NCBI GenBank assembly: GCA_027604505.1
Contig: JADIIX010000061.1
Location: 62,001 to 126,000 of the forward strand
Direction of reading: 5' to 3'
Source of the DNA: Gonapodya sp. JEL0774
Taxonomy: Eukaryota
Length of the DNA: 64,000 nt
Numbering within the stretch: position 1 is the first letter of the stretch; each line of letters starts with the position of its first letter. A model generated the notes under the pieces. The model was not told where the DNA came from, searched no databases, and saw nothing but the letters and a program-made list of their open reading frames with translations. Both the position numbers and the translations under genes were made by a program. Shown here one piece after another: positions 23,644-37,000 of this stretch.

Positions 23644-26318
23644 TCAGGGGCAATGATCTGGGTTGCCTTCCGTGAAGTTGCCCCACCAGCTGGGGAAAGG
23701 AATAGCGGGACCCGCTGCTCCCAAAACAGCAAACGAAATGATGAACAGTGCGGTCAAACTGCCACCGTCAAGTGCTCCTGTGACGAGGTACATGTAGTCC
23801 TTAAAGATCTTGGGTTTATAGATGCGAAGGTAGAACTGAGTAAAGAAACCTGCGATGACGGAGCTGAAGAGAATGCAAGTTTGTGACGCATTGTAAGGGA
23901 TGTAACCACTGTACTGGATGAACTGCGGCATGTTGATCTGGTCGAGGGAGAATCCACCGATTTTGGGAACAAACTTTGTGGAATGGAATCTTGAATCAGT
24001 GCCAGCAAGCAAAGAATTTGCAACCTCGGTCCCAACTTACGTGAACTACGATCCTATGCAGAAGAACTGCACCGGCACCGATCAGGATTCCGAGAGGAAC
24101 CATTTCATAACGAGACCCAGAAGTGTACAAATACTTTGCTAGAGCCCACGAGGCGGCATTGGTGTTGTAGGACTGCAGTGTAGCCCCGCTCCATGAAGAA
24201 TCCCCATCGCTGTTGACGAGAAGATCACGGTTGGTGTTGACGATGGAGACCATCACCACATAGTTGATGAAGCCACCCAACACAGTGCCGTAGACTTGTG
24301 TTAGGAACATAACACGAGGTGGGATTTTCACTGTAGTACAATGAATCCATTGATATGTGGTAAGGAAGGGCTGAAAATACACAAAAGTGAGTACTTACAG
24401 TATTCGCCAAGCTTCAGATCATTACTCAGGTTGACTGTGTTGGCTATCACATTGTGTGACCAAGCCGCAAAGTACATGTTGCCAACCGGTCTTCCAGGAA
24501 GAAGAAGTCCGGCAATCATTTTTGACAGATTATTTGTGGCAATTCCGTTCCCAAAACGAGAGTAAAGCAACGTACTCTTCATGAAAGAAGGGAAAAAATC
24601 ATTAGGTTGGGTTTGACCAATAAGGAGCCCCCAGCGACTCACCAAAGGTGCGATCACAATTCCGAGAACAAGGGAGGCGATGTACGCCCAGGCTGGAAGC
24701 GTGATATTCTCCCGGAGAACAACGACGAGTCCAAGAACAAAGCTGACTACAAGGGTGGCATAGTACCACCAGCTCGGTGCTTCTTCGTAGTGTTGTGCCA
24801 TATGTTCGTGATGGCGATCGTCGTAACTGCCCTTCGAGGCGCTCTTGTAGGCGCGCATAATGTCCCCACCCCAGAACAGAATACAGTGAGCGATCAACGC
24901 CCCAATCTGGCAAACAGAATTTTGGCGTTACTCAAAATTCATGGTAGGACCACACAACATGCGGTTCAACACTTACAGCTGCGTTAGCCATGAACATAGC
25001 ATATGCGAAAGTCCCGGTAAGCATGGGAGTTCCGTACTGCGCAAGTGCGTTCTCGTCAAGAATACCGCCCACAAAAATCTTGCTTACAGGGTAGGCTGAT
25101 CCGTCTGCCGATCTCAAGCGTGTGGACATAAACGGCTGCGAGAGAGCTTGCCATCCGTCACCGTAGTAGATCGCGAGCATGACGATGTAGCAGACTACAA
25201 ACCCAAGCGCTTGGTGCACTTGGAGTTTCATGGGGAGTGCAGTTTGGAACGATGTGATCTGTGATGAAACGATCGTGAGATGGCGTCACACCTCGTTGAT
25301 TACAAGAAGGACTCACATATTGCCAGTCAAAAGATAACGAGAAGAGACCGAGACCTTCGTTGTTGAGAGCACCACCAAACAGGTTTCTGAGCACTTTGGC
25401 GTTGCTGCCGACGGCATATGCGGCGGCTAGACATGGAATAGACACAGAATTGAGCCAGGGAAAAATGTACCCTGGGATCCACTGGTAAATAAACATGGCG
25501 GTAAAAGCAAACCAAAACCAGCGAAGGGGTTTGGACGTCTTCAGTTCCTCCCAATGCAGTCCTTGCAGAGTTTTGACGGTGGGTAACGTCCCCCAGTAAA
25601 CAGCCTCGACATGCCACACTGCCACTGGACGAAAAACGCCACAGAGTCCGTATCCAAATAGTCCGATAGAGATGACACCTAACACCACAGTGGTCGCACT
25701 CAAAGGTATGTCATAAAACAGATTCTGAGCCGCGAAAACGACGACACTCGCAACGGAGTTCGACGCCGAGGATGCAGTGATGGCGCAAATAGCGTGTTCC
25801 TTGAGACCCCAAGCTCCCGGATTGAGGAATTTGAAGAAACGAATTTTCAAAGGGAGAGCTCCATTGCCATTGTCGGCGCGCCAACGTGCTTCAAGCAGAT
25901 CACCACGGGGAAAGACCGCAGCCCAGGCTCTCCCAAGAAAATGAGCGATGAGAACGATGAATGTTCCTTGGATGGTTACTGATGTTGGTTTAAACTGGTG
26001 GGAACAGAGGTACATCACGATTGAGAGTCTGTGTGTGAACATGAAGAGGGGATGCATTGTAACGCATCTCACATAGTAGATCATGGTCATGACGGCTTGA
26101 AACGCGGCGAGAATAGTAGCCAAGAAAAGACTTCGAAAAGTTACGGACGGATCAAAGTCATCTCGCAGGGAAAGTAACCGATTCGCAACATCGGAGGCTG
26201 TAATGATGATCTCGTCCTCTCTGTTCTCGTCAACATCTTTGGTAGCTTTCTCGTCAGCGAAGGTGGCATCCTTGAGTGTGGGGTCCAATGCTTTGGTTGC
26301 TTCGTCGTCGGCGCTCAT
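23644..26318 (-). CDS. OPT family oligopeptide transporter
   Basis: DDFDPSVTFRS, FLNPGAWGLKEHA, NEGLGLFSLSFDWQY, DLKLGEY(L)KIPPRVMFLTQVYGT, YMYLVTGALDGG, FPSWWGN. Confidence 0.93.
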
Positions 26319-27372
26319 CCTTCCAAAGTGTGAAACGTTGATGGCTGAAGATCTGATACCAGAATGACTTTTGCTTGATATGGACACTTTTATGACGATC
26401 AAGCTCAGCCCTTTAATTCCCCCATCCTGTAATTATTCGGACGCTGCATATTACGTTCACGGATGGATTTATTCCAGGGTCTTTTGTGGTCTCCCGCCCT
26501 TCGTTGAGTGCACCTCGCGCGCGCAAGACAGGAATCAAGCAAAGAAGCGTCTGCCATTTTCCATTTTCTCGCCGTTCCTGACTATTCTCGGACTTTTCTT
26601 ATGGTGTGTCATTCGTGCGGTGGGGTCTGGCAAAGTCAAGCAGAGTAGTCAAGCGATCATTTTGTTATTGCGCAATCGATCCCCATGAACCTGGAACCTG
26701 AGGAGCACCCCTTTCAGTCAGAGTCCGAGGAACCGAAGAGCAGAAAACGGGTTTCCAGATGTTGACTTCCGGAAGTTTGAATGTCCGTACCAGTTGAAAG
26801 TTCGTCTGGATGTAGCATGTGACATCATGGAATCACTCCACTTTTGAGGCTGACAGGGAGCCTTGCCGGGAGAGCAAAAATCACCGCCCAAGAAAGGGCT
26901 GATCCACTGAGAACAAAGAAACTAGCAACTGCGCATGAGTAACATGTAATCAGACTGGCATGGCTTTCGGAAGGACTGGTAGTGTGACTGGACCCAGGGG
27001 CCAGGACCAACGAAGGGCCCGATGGACGAAGAATTATACTGCAAGGTAGCAACTCAACTACAAATATTCATCACGTACGTTAGGTGGTCCCGGTGAGGGC
27101 TGGTGGAAGCAAAGATCAACCACCGACAATTGGGGTTTGTCCCAACAAAGATAGCGCCATGTAAAGGCCAAGCCATCTAGAAAGTGACCAAGTATCCAGT
27201 ACGCTACGACAAAGAGGGCTCCACAACGGTTTGGAGCACGAAAAATGGAAAGTTCGTGTAAGATGACGCGTTGGCCGAGAATGGCCAGAGCCAGTTACGT
27301 GGTCATGCGCCCACAACAGTCTATTCTCCCACTTTGAACACGCTCCCCTGCGCTTCCATCGTCCTTCTCACC

Positions 27373-29946
27373 CTACGCCGACCCATCCACACACAGAATA
27401 TCATTTGCCGCCACAGTCAAGGTCGAGTCGTTCAAGCTCGACTTGCCCAACACTCTGCCTACTTCCTCCCCTTCTCTGCCACCACTTAGGAGATACAAGC
27501 TCCAACTCGAACCGACCGCCAGCTCAAATCCGCTTGGCGGTGTTGGTAAACAGCGTGAGCCATCCATGGCTGAAGGGATGGAGGCGGTGGGAGGATGAGG
27601 ACGCATCCTGCGTTGTCCATCTGCTGCATTTGCAGCTGATTTCAACTTTCTTGGTGACGCATTCCTCATCCTGTCGGCTTCCTTCTCCTTGGCGCGGCGT
27701 TCTTGTGTGCCCTTCAGGGCATCCTACGGTATTGGAGACGAAAAAGACCGTTGGTGAATCGGCCATCATCCTCCACTCGACCTTCAAAAGTTCTAACAAC
27801 CTTGAACGCCCTCAAAAACCTTGCAAACTCCCCCAAAAGTTCCTCCGCCGACATGTCGCCGGACTCTGCTCCAACGCACTCGCCACCGAAGTCCGCTTCA
27901 ACAGCTCCTTGATCCCACGGCAGCGTGCATTGGCAGACTGGAAAACGCCCTTTGCGTGGGAAAAGAAGGTGTCTTCTTCACCCGAAGGTTTGGACATGGC
28001 GGAGTCAAGGAGCTGTTGTGAACTCCTGATGAGTTTCTCGGTGTCGGACAGGGATTTGGTGAGCTCATCAAGACTGACTGCCAAGGCATAAGGAAAACCG
28101 ATTCCGGTCAGTAAATTCGCAAACCTCAAATGTATTTTTTCAAGGCAGATGCTCAGAAGCTCACTGGCAGCCGCGGCCGACACGCTTTCCAACTCAGCAA
28201 ATATCTCAACGGTAGCAGAAGGGACATGGTGTTCGAGAACGCCGGCAACGAAATCCAGCAGTGTGGTCTTGCCATCACCAGATTTCGTGTCCTGGGAAAC
28301 CTGAGAATGAAACGAACGTGTTCGGTTTGTCGAGTCGCTTGAATGCCGCTGAGCACGCGATTCCATCACTTACAGCGACGATTGAGCTCAGCTCAAGCCC
28401 CACGGCAGTTGCCTAAATGCCGAGGAAGCACTCGCTTTGTGAACACCGAGCGATTTCGTACACCACAACTATAGCTGATGCCCACCTTTGCGTTCCCTCC
28501 GTTCATGTGGTTTCCCACCAAAGGGAGCGCCTTGAGAACAACGTCAAATGGCTCTGTGTTATTCCAACGCTGCGTGTAGCGAGGATTCCCCCTCGTGGAT
28601 CTCACCTTGAACACCGTAGCGAGCGATTCGCTCGCAACAACCGACTCCAACGCCGTCGCCAGCGTGCGGCCATTCTGAAACAATCCGAGAGAGTTTTGTC
28701 CATTCAAAGTGAGTGCGCTTGGACTCGACGCAAACAGAAACAGTTCAGGCCGTGCGCTCACCTGCGCGAGCTTACTCAAGTCGTCCGAGAGAGGGTTCAT
28801 GGCAGTCCAAATTTGGAGTCGCTCCCTGATATGTGGGACGGACACGATCTAAATGAAGGAGCGACGCGTTGTGGTTATGCGTAAGAGTTCAGATCTGCTC
28901 AAACGAATCGGGTACAAGGTAACGACTCACCTTGTACACCACTTTCTCGTACTCCCGGAAGTCCGGAAACTTCTTCGCGTTGTTGATGACAACGTCATAC
29001 TATAACCGTGAAGAGAGAGGAAGGGGTGTCGACCAAGGAAAACCACAATCCTCGACCACGCGCGCCGGTCACCGTTCCATTCAACAGCTTTGCGGCGATA
29101 AACGATACGAAAGGAGCTTCCAATACATCCTTGTGCAATGTCACGAAGCCGTTGACGATGACGTGTTCCGGAACACCTCTCAGCTTGCGAAGCACGATCG
29201 CTGAAAGACAACAGGACTGTGAGCAAACCGCGCTCTGCAACAACGTAAAGAAGACACCAATTACATACCGAGCTGCTGGTACTCTCGGTCATCCAGAATT
29301 TTGAGCGCCTGCGTACTTTGGGCTCGAGATGCGCCGGAATCCATCGATTTTCCGGTGAGTGCGGCAGGTGCCTTCACCGAGAATACGTTGTCGACCTTGT
29401 CATAAACATCGCCACGCAAAAGCAACTCGTCGAGAGAAAGATCGTCAGGTGAGGGACTGGACGCTTCATTCTCCGCTTTCTGGCGAGAACGACGGGACTT
29501 GCGGTTCCACTTCCCCCAGATCGTTGAGCCTGGGTCGGAGAGTACCCGCCAGAAAACCTGTCGGATTTTCTCTCGAGCTGGCTTGTGCAAACCGTTCGGA
29601 ACGCTTCGTTGGCCGGGAGGTGGGGGCGGTGCCAGGGTTGGGCGGCACGATACAGGAGGAGGAGGAGGGATCCCAGAAGAAAGTCCCGTGTGAGCGGAGG
29701 TGGAGGGGGTAAAGCCAAGTGAGTTGGTGGCAGTGGGGGTGGCGGGGGCGGGGGTGGGGGTGCGGCCACTGTGCAAGGCTGGTCGCACAGGAGAGAAGGG
29801 AGGGGTGGCACATCGTCCGGGACCACGGTGTCCACCTTCAGTGAGCTGACAGGTTCGGTGTCACGGTTGGTTTGACATGTCATGTCGGAAGAGGGTGGTC
29901 GAGACGAGCAGTGGGTGCAGGGTCGGAGCAACTTGGTGCTCGCCAT
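27373..29946 (-). pseudogene. Formin FH1-FH2 gene with two apparent frameshifts (pseudogene or assembly error)
   Basis: Poly-Pro FH1. FH2 motifs KIRQVFW, KILDDREYQQLAIVLRKL, VPHIRERL, LVGNHMNGG, DTKSGDGKTTLLDFV and DFGGE...AEELLGEFARFLRAFK. The reading frame switches near 29690 and near 27890 with no usable splice sites. No GBD/FH3 region recognised; 5' end uncertain. Confidence 0.7.
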
Positions 29947-30701
29947 CGGCACCGAGACGGAATTGCTGGAATAGTAATCAATGCATTGTATCAATTTTAT
30001 GCAAAAATGCAGAGTTTGCGAGTCGCAGACGTACGATTTCCCCAACCGTCATTCTCAAGGACAGGCGTCTCGCCCCGCATGTGCACACTGCATGAAGCAG
30101 CTTGCGGAGGCGTGATTGTGTGACAACTTGTGCGAGTCGGGTGACGGTGGCCGAGTATCCAGGGATGCTAAAGAGAGAGCTGAACCTGGTGGGATCGGTA
30201 CGTAAGCGTCAGCGCAACGGCCAGCCAAGAAAACGTGGGGGATCGTCTTACATGTTAGATGTCTTGAAAGAGGATAGTTCGGAATCTTTGTATGGTAGAC
30301 AAGTTTCACTTGAATAGTGTAAAACTGGTGTAGGAGTTTACTTTGATTACTCTTGCTTGCAATTACAGTAATTTGTGCCTGAAACGGCGAAGTGCGAAGA
30401 CCGTGCGGGAATGATGTGGCAGGGTTCAGTTGAGAAGAAGAGGTGCACAGGAAATAGAAAACCACTGGAATGCCCTACCAATCCAGGAACTCAGGACATT
30501 ATACTATTGGACGTCACGACTCAAGAAGCACCGCCGGACTTGTCAACCGGGCATGCTGGCTGGACCGCTTTAGGTCTTTGTCCCAGACTCGCAAACGTCA
30601 CAAGAAGCAACACAAACATTCATTGGAAACAAACAATTATCTGTAATTTTGCAACTCCAAAAGATACAAATAGTCCGAAGAAAACGAACCGTTCCCCATC
30701 C

Positions 30702-31378
30702 TCACTTTGCTACGACACTCGCCCCACCCAACAGCGCCACCCCCGTCACCAAGACGGCCGAGTTCGGAGGTTGGGGTGGATACGTTGGTTGTGGGAAAAG
30801 ATCCACCCCGACTGCAGACGAGATTACTGTGCGAACACCCTGTGCGAATGCCGCAGCGTGGTTCGTTTCGCCGCGATCGTCACCGAAGCCACCGAGGATT
30901 GCCGTGCCCGAGACCTCGAGTTGCATGTTGGGAGGAGCGTGGATGCTAACGCCGCCCCTAAAACAAGAAATGAAAATCAGAGAAAGGAACCATCTCATCG
31001 TAGTGTGTCAACAACAACGCACATCAACGAGTAGCACTCAATCTGTGTCACCCCACCCGGTTGCAGTATGCCACCTCTCAGATCGATATCGACCCCTCCC
31101 AGGACAGCGTACGCAACGATCCGTTTTGGAATCACACGTCCTGAGAACTTCTGGTTGGTACCTCCAAGCAACGCGTAGAACGACTTGTCGTCGTCGTAAA
31201 AGTGGCCGTAAGTGAAGCCAGGAGGTGGGAAAGGCACTGAAGGTGCCGGTACTACGTAGGGTGGCGGAGGGTGGACGGGAGGGAAAGGAGCACTTGGTGG
31301 GAAAGGCGCGACTACATTGGGTGCGGGCGTTGGTGCTGTGCCGAATCCAGCTTCGGATGCCTTTGACGATGCGACCAT
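30702..31378 (-). CDS. Protein with a bacterial LiaF C-terminal/DUF2154-like beta domain (as found in actinobacterial DUF1707 proteins)
   Basis: Pro-rich N-terminus, then repeated hydrophobic-GG units: FYALLGG, AYAVLGGVDIDLR, YSLMGGVSIHAPPNMQLEVSGTAILGGF, VTGVALLGGASV. One GT-AG intron near 31022-30958. Confidence 0.7.
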
Positions 31379-31873
31379 TATGGATTTGAATTGGTTTGGT
31401 TGATACGAAAACAATGTGATGAGAATCCGCGAATTCGGTAGGTTTTATCAAGAAGGGAATTGCTTATGGTAGCTTAGTCTTTCGGCGTCAGTGCTTGCGG
31501 TGGAAGGGGCGGCCTTGCGTACTTCTTGCGTGCCAGTCCACCCCGAAAAATTAGCCGAGGAACCCAGATCCAATCCTCAAATTTTGCCGCATCGGCCATT
31601 CAGCGAGAGCTCATGGCTCATGTAATCTTCCATTTTGAAATAATTGGGAGAGTGGGATTGCAGTTTAGATTGTGACGATACTTTCGATTCATGCTGTTCA
31701 GCAGTATTTGTTCCGATTCAAAATGCATGCAGCTAGCAACTGACATTTCTGTCGGACTATCGTCTTCTATTCTCGAATCGGTAAACTGGACGTTTTGATT
31801 CGTGTATTAATGTCACCAAAAAACATCCCTCTTCCCTTTCAACTGAGCCGACCAAACCACCCCGATCAGGACC

Positions 31874-33486
31874 ATGCTCAAATCTCTGCGTAAAATCAGA
31901 TTCCAAAAGTCAAAGATACTACAGACACCTTCGCAGGCACGTCGCGTTTCTTGCCTTGGTCCTCGGGGCTGCTTTCCTCATGGGATGACAATCCCCATTT
32001 CCACCCACAGCACGCCCCGATCGCGTTGCTTCCCGACGAAGTTTTGCTGAGCATCTTCCGACACCTCACTCCAGCCGACCTTATTTCATCCGTTCCATTT
32101 GTCTGCCTGCGATGGTCTCGGGTCCATAGAGACGTTTTTGAGGACCGAGGTCACATTCCCGTCGAGGTGGAGGTCGTGCTGACGAGCACTGGGGCACGAG
32201 ATCTCGTTCCTTTCATGCCCACTCCGTTCGCTTGGCTGTGGTGGCACCGGCTCTATCGACGGGTGAAGCCAGTCACCATTGAAGGAAGGGAGAGCTCAGA
32301 CTCGCGACAGGTGCTTCTGTACGCGGGATTCCTCCAAGTGCTCGTTCCGGTCAACGCTATCACCTCCCCTCAGCATCTCGAATCCGCTTTTCAGTGGATG
32401 ATCGCCAAAAAGTACTCTCCCAGTCGGTCCCGTCGGGTACCGGTGGCCAATTCGAGCTTCCGCGCGACCCGGAGGTCGCCGTTTCACCCAGTCATTCGAA
32501 ACGTCGTTGTGGACATGGACATCCATTCGTTATCGAGCATGCAAGTCTCGGAAACTGTCCCTCATCTGGAGGTTGCCTTGTCGTCCTGTTCTTCAGAAGG
32601 AGTGTCAGTACGGGGATTGTACAAGGGTGCTCTCCTACCTTGGTGGTCGTGTCTGGACACAAACACCGCAAAGCACGTGAGGACCCTGACTCTCGACATC
32701 ACTTCCCTCCCTTTGCTGAATGGGGGTGGGGCGCCGTCCTTTTTCGAAGTCGTCCGCATGTTTCCAAGCGTATCTCGGGTGAAGATACATTTGCGACGAG
32801 TTCATGCCCACGAAGACGATTTGTTTAATTCTTTGCTTTTTATGTTGATGTCTACTTTGCCTTTGGAGAACGTCACTGCTCTGGACGTTGTTTTCGCGTC
32901 GTTTCCCAGCTCCGATATACGAGGCATCGGTATGGGATCGACGTATCTCTTATTTGTGCTGATACCAAAGGCTTTTCCAAATCTCAGAGCGTTTGGTACG
33001 ATTGGATCAGAGCACTTTGCGGGAACGGAAGATATTCACCCCGACCTGGACCGCTCCGATTTCCAGAGTATTCGGTCACTAGCGATTCTACCAGGGTCAA
33101 AATTTTACAGCCCTGACGGTGGTCCTATCACAGCGAGGGATGTAGACGGTTTTCTCTACTCTCTCTTCGATGTGTTTCGAAACGTTGAGCGACTTGTGAT
33201 TAAACTCAACAGCACAGATGCAAATTACCGTCACCGGGGTAGAGAGAGCCTGGAAGCGCTGGACAGGACTGCACTCATTTGGATGGAAGCTCTCTCACGC
33301 ACTGAACACGTTCGAGAGGTCGTGTTCGAGGGAGCTCGGGGTGCGAGACCGAACGGAGAGTTCACGGGTGACAACGCACGGTTCCTTGACGATTTTGTCG
33401 AGATAGTGGTGAACAAGTGTGGGCATCTTGGTGTCAAAGTTTCCGGTGGTTGTGTGAGGTCAGACCTCGGAGCGCTGATGGAATGA
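31874..33486 (+). CDS. F-box protein with probable degenerate LRR-like C-terminus
   Basis: IALLPDEVLLSIFRHLTPADLISSVPFVCLRWSRV is an F-box consensus. FPSVSRVKI, FPNLRAF and FRNVERLVI resemble LRR units. A short first exon (MLKSL) is spliced to 31937. Confidence 0.8.
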
Positions 33487-33546
33487 GAGACTTTTGGAAA
33501 GAGACCTTCGAGAGAAGGGATGTCGTCAGTTGGAGCACCCAGCCCA

Positions 33547-33570
33547 TATCTATCTATCTATTTATCTATC
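33547..33570. repeat. Short imperfect (TATC)n microsatellite
   Basis: tatctatctatctatttatctatc downstream of the F-box stop codon. Confidence 0.6.
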
Positions 33571-34077
33571 TGGGAGTGCACTGGCCGAATACGGACTTGA
33601 CGTGGGTCGACCCTGCCTTGGGGGCGGGACCCCAAACCAGAGATGCTAAGAACTGACCTCTAAGGGACCAGGTTCAACGGTGGTGGAGAGTGCAAATGAG
33701 ATTTTGACTTATTGAGTGATCGGAAAGTGTAGGATTTTGAGGGGACAGCTACCATGTTGTTGGGGGCTGATGGAGACTGTGGGCAATGTGAACGCGTTGA
33801 TTTTCCTGTTACAGCTCCGTCGAGTCTTTGCAATGAGCTGTCAATGAGCTCAGGTTAAATGAGTTATTAAGAGAATGATGGATTGGTTGGTGATTTTGTT
33901 GTCATGTGGCCAATGTTCGGCACATCCCGGGTAGCTCCAGTGGCCACATGACCCCACTAAGCAATTGGCGAGTTTGAGCTCCAACTGTTCCTTCGCGCTT
34001 TTATAAAAATCAGACGAATTTTGGTATCGATTTCTAATTAACGCCAAGTCGAAACTTTTCTTTAATCCCGATTCCAA

Positions 34078-37000
34078 ATGGCCGCCGCTCCATCGACGTC
34101 GCAGAATGCGACTCCAGCTCCACCGGCATCGTTGGTCTGTCCCCTGACTCAGGTCCTGTTTGTAGATCCCGTCGTCGACCATGAAGGCAACTCGTTCGAG
34201 AGGGAGGCGATTGAGAAGTGGCTTGATAGGAATCCAAGCTCTCCTATCACGAGGTCACCGTTGGAAAAGAGGTGGGGTTTGCTCTACCATTGTCTCCCGG
34301 GCAAGCAACATCTCAAAGTATCAACATTTTGATATTTTATTTCTCGATACCTTTTTAACATACAAAGCATGCTGGCACCAAATCGCGCGCTGAGAACGCT
34401 CGTGGAGGAGTGGTGTGCTGCAAACAACGTCCCGCTTGTTGGCACTACACAGACCGCACCGACCGCGAACTCGACCGACGTGGCAGCGGCGACTGCGACA
34501 CCACTTCAATCTCAATCTCCTACTCGGACACCGTCCGCGCACAAGAACACAAACCTCTCGCTCTCTCTTTCCGCCCGTCCTCTGCGCTCCTCTGACCTGC
34601 CCGCCAACGACCCTAACCCCCTGTCCGCCGACCACGACGAATACCTCGTGCTCGTCTCAGTCACCCCGCCTGTTCACCCAAACTCCCAAGACGGTCTCAC
34701 CTACGTCGAACCCCCCCAACCTGCTCGTCCAGCTACCACTCCGGCCGCCGGCACCACCACGCCGCCCATCACCCCTCCGCAACTCCCGACCACATCGACA
34801 GACCTTATTGCGGTTGTGGACGTGTCGGGATCTATGGGCATTGAAGCCACCTTCCAGGACGAGAACGGAAAAGCCGAGTCGGCCGGGTTGACGGTGCTCG
34901 ATGTCGTCAAGCACGCTGTGAGGTAGGTCCCCCTTTTGAGAGCCGCCAATCATGCGTGTTTTGATTACACACCCCCTGTGCTCGTTTCTGATCGCTCTGC
35001 TTCTGTTTGGCTCCACTCCCACTCGTGCAGAACCCTCGTTCACACCCTCGGCCCCAACGACAGGCTCGGTGTCGTTGCGTTCTCAGACGACGCGGAAATC
35101 ATCCTTCCCTTGACTTTTATGGACACGTGAGTTGCGTGAACTGGTCTGTCTTGGCGCCCATCCTTTAGTCCACCGCGCTCACCGGTCGCAACAACACAAT
35201 GACCGTCCCTTCCCACAAATCCAGCCCCGGCAAAACCACTGCCGACACCAAGCTCGCCCCCCTCTCTGAACTCGCCTCCACCAACCTCTGGTCCGGCCTG
35301 GACACGGCCCTGACCCTCTTCCGCAGCTCCGCACGCCGGCCCAACTGCACGCGCTCCATCTTCCTCCTCACCGACGGACAACCCAACGTGGAACCGCCGC
35401 GCGGTACGCTGGGGATGATTCAACGGCTCAAGGACCAAGAGAACGGACTGCCGGTGGACCAGGTGACCACCTTTGGCTTCGGGTACTCCCTCGACTCGGC
35501 CCTCCTCCACTCCATCGCAGTCCAATGCGGTACTCCGGGCATGTACGGGTTCATCCCTGACAGCGGCATGGTCGGCACAGCCTTCGTCAACTCGGTCTCG
35601 GCGGTGGTGTCCAAAGTGCCGCTCCGGTCCCTCAAGGTCAAGCTCGACCTCCTGGATGCCAGCGGGGCCATGGTCCACCCCAAGGAGACAGAGGCAGTTG
35701 CCGTGGGGGCGCAAGTGCCTATGCTTGTCACGTCGTGGGGGGCGGAGTTGAACGTTGGGACGGTCGGGTACGGCCAGTCGCGCGACGTGGTGGTGCGTGT
35801 CAAGGTTCCCAAGGGGGCCTCGGGCGACCTCAAGGTCAACGCCACGCTGAGCTACGAATCTCTGGCCGGTGATGGTGAGAGAGGCTCTGCTCCTCCACCT
35901 TCGACTACGTCCGCAGCCTCGCTCTCCCTCCGCGCTGCACCATCGGAGGCCGACTTTGCGGCCGTCACCCACCACCTCCTCCGCCAGACCTTTTCCCGAA
36001 CTCTCATCTCATGCGTCGACAAGGCCACCGCGCAAAACGCGACGGAGACGGAGTTCCGGGCCGCACAGAGCCTCCTCAAGGACTTTGTGGACGTTGCGAA
36101 CCGGCTCGCCAGGGAGGTTGAACGGTCACCCTCGGTTGGTGTATCAGCTCCAGGCGGGTTCGTGAGGGACGTCAAGGCCAGCACCAAGGGCTTGATGGAA
36201 GATGTGAAGGGGCAGGCGACCTTGGCGTTGAGCAAGTATCTGTACTTTACCAGGTGGGGTCAGCACTATTTGAAGAGTTTGGCGAGGGCGCACTTGGTGC
36301 AGGGTGAGTAGAGGAGTGGTGACCCCGGTCCAGTGGTGGTGCAAGTGTCGCGGCTTCGTCATCTCACTCACACCCGTTCCATTCCCCGCCATCCTCCCGC
36401 CTCCCCCTCTAACAGAATGCTCCAACTTCAAAGACCCGGGCCTCCAGCTGTACAACTCCGGTGGCCACCCGACGTCGCTGTTCTCGCGGTTCCGAGACAC
36501 GGCCGACGACGCGTTTGGAAAGCTCAAGGTGGTTCCGTCGAGGCAGGCCACGGCGGGTGGACGGGGTGGGAGAAGGAGAGGTGGAGGGGCGCCGCAGGTG
36601 CAGATGGCGAGGTTGAACAACAGATACGGTGGTTGGTGAGTTGATGGGGGAAAGGTGAAAGAGACCATGGTCGGAAGAGTGCGTTTGTGGCGCGGTGCTG
36701 TTGGACTGTTGGAGAAGCACCGAAACTGAAGCTCATCGCTCCACCTGGTGTCTTTCTTGAATTCTTGCTCAGCTTCCTCCCCTCAACTCCTGTCCTCTTG
36801 GCAAACCAGAGCTACAAGTCCGTGGGGGAACTGTGCAAGGGCGATCTGGTCATGTCAATCTACGCACCCGGCGACGGTACCCACGGGTTGGGGACGGCGA
36901 GAGTGCGCGCTGTGGTGGTGCACCAGGGGCAATTTGAGATGGTGGAGGTGACATCGAGTGGGAAGGGGGTCCTCGTGGAGGGGGATATGCGTGGGGACCC

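Noticed and set aside
26700..27370. Possible decayed transposon or gene fragment between the OPT and formin genes
   Set aside because: Only short stop-interrupted frames, with no recognisable motif or terminal repeat.
36628..36640. In-frame TGA after GGW as a possible selenocysteine or readthrough codon
   Set aside because: The TGA is part of the GTGAGT splice donor. Splicing gives a normal Cys codon, and I recognised no SECIS-like element.
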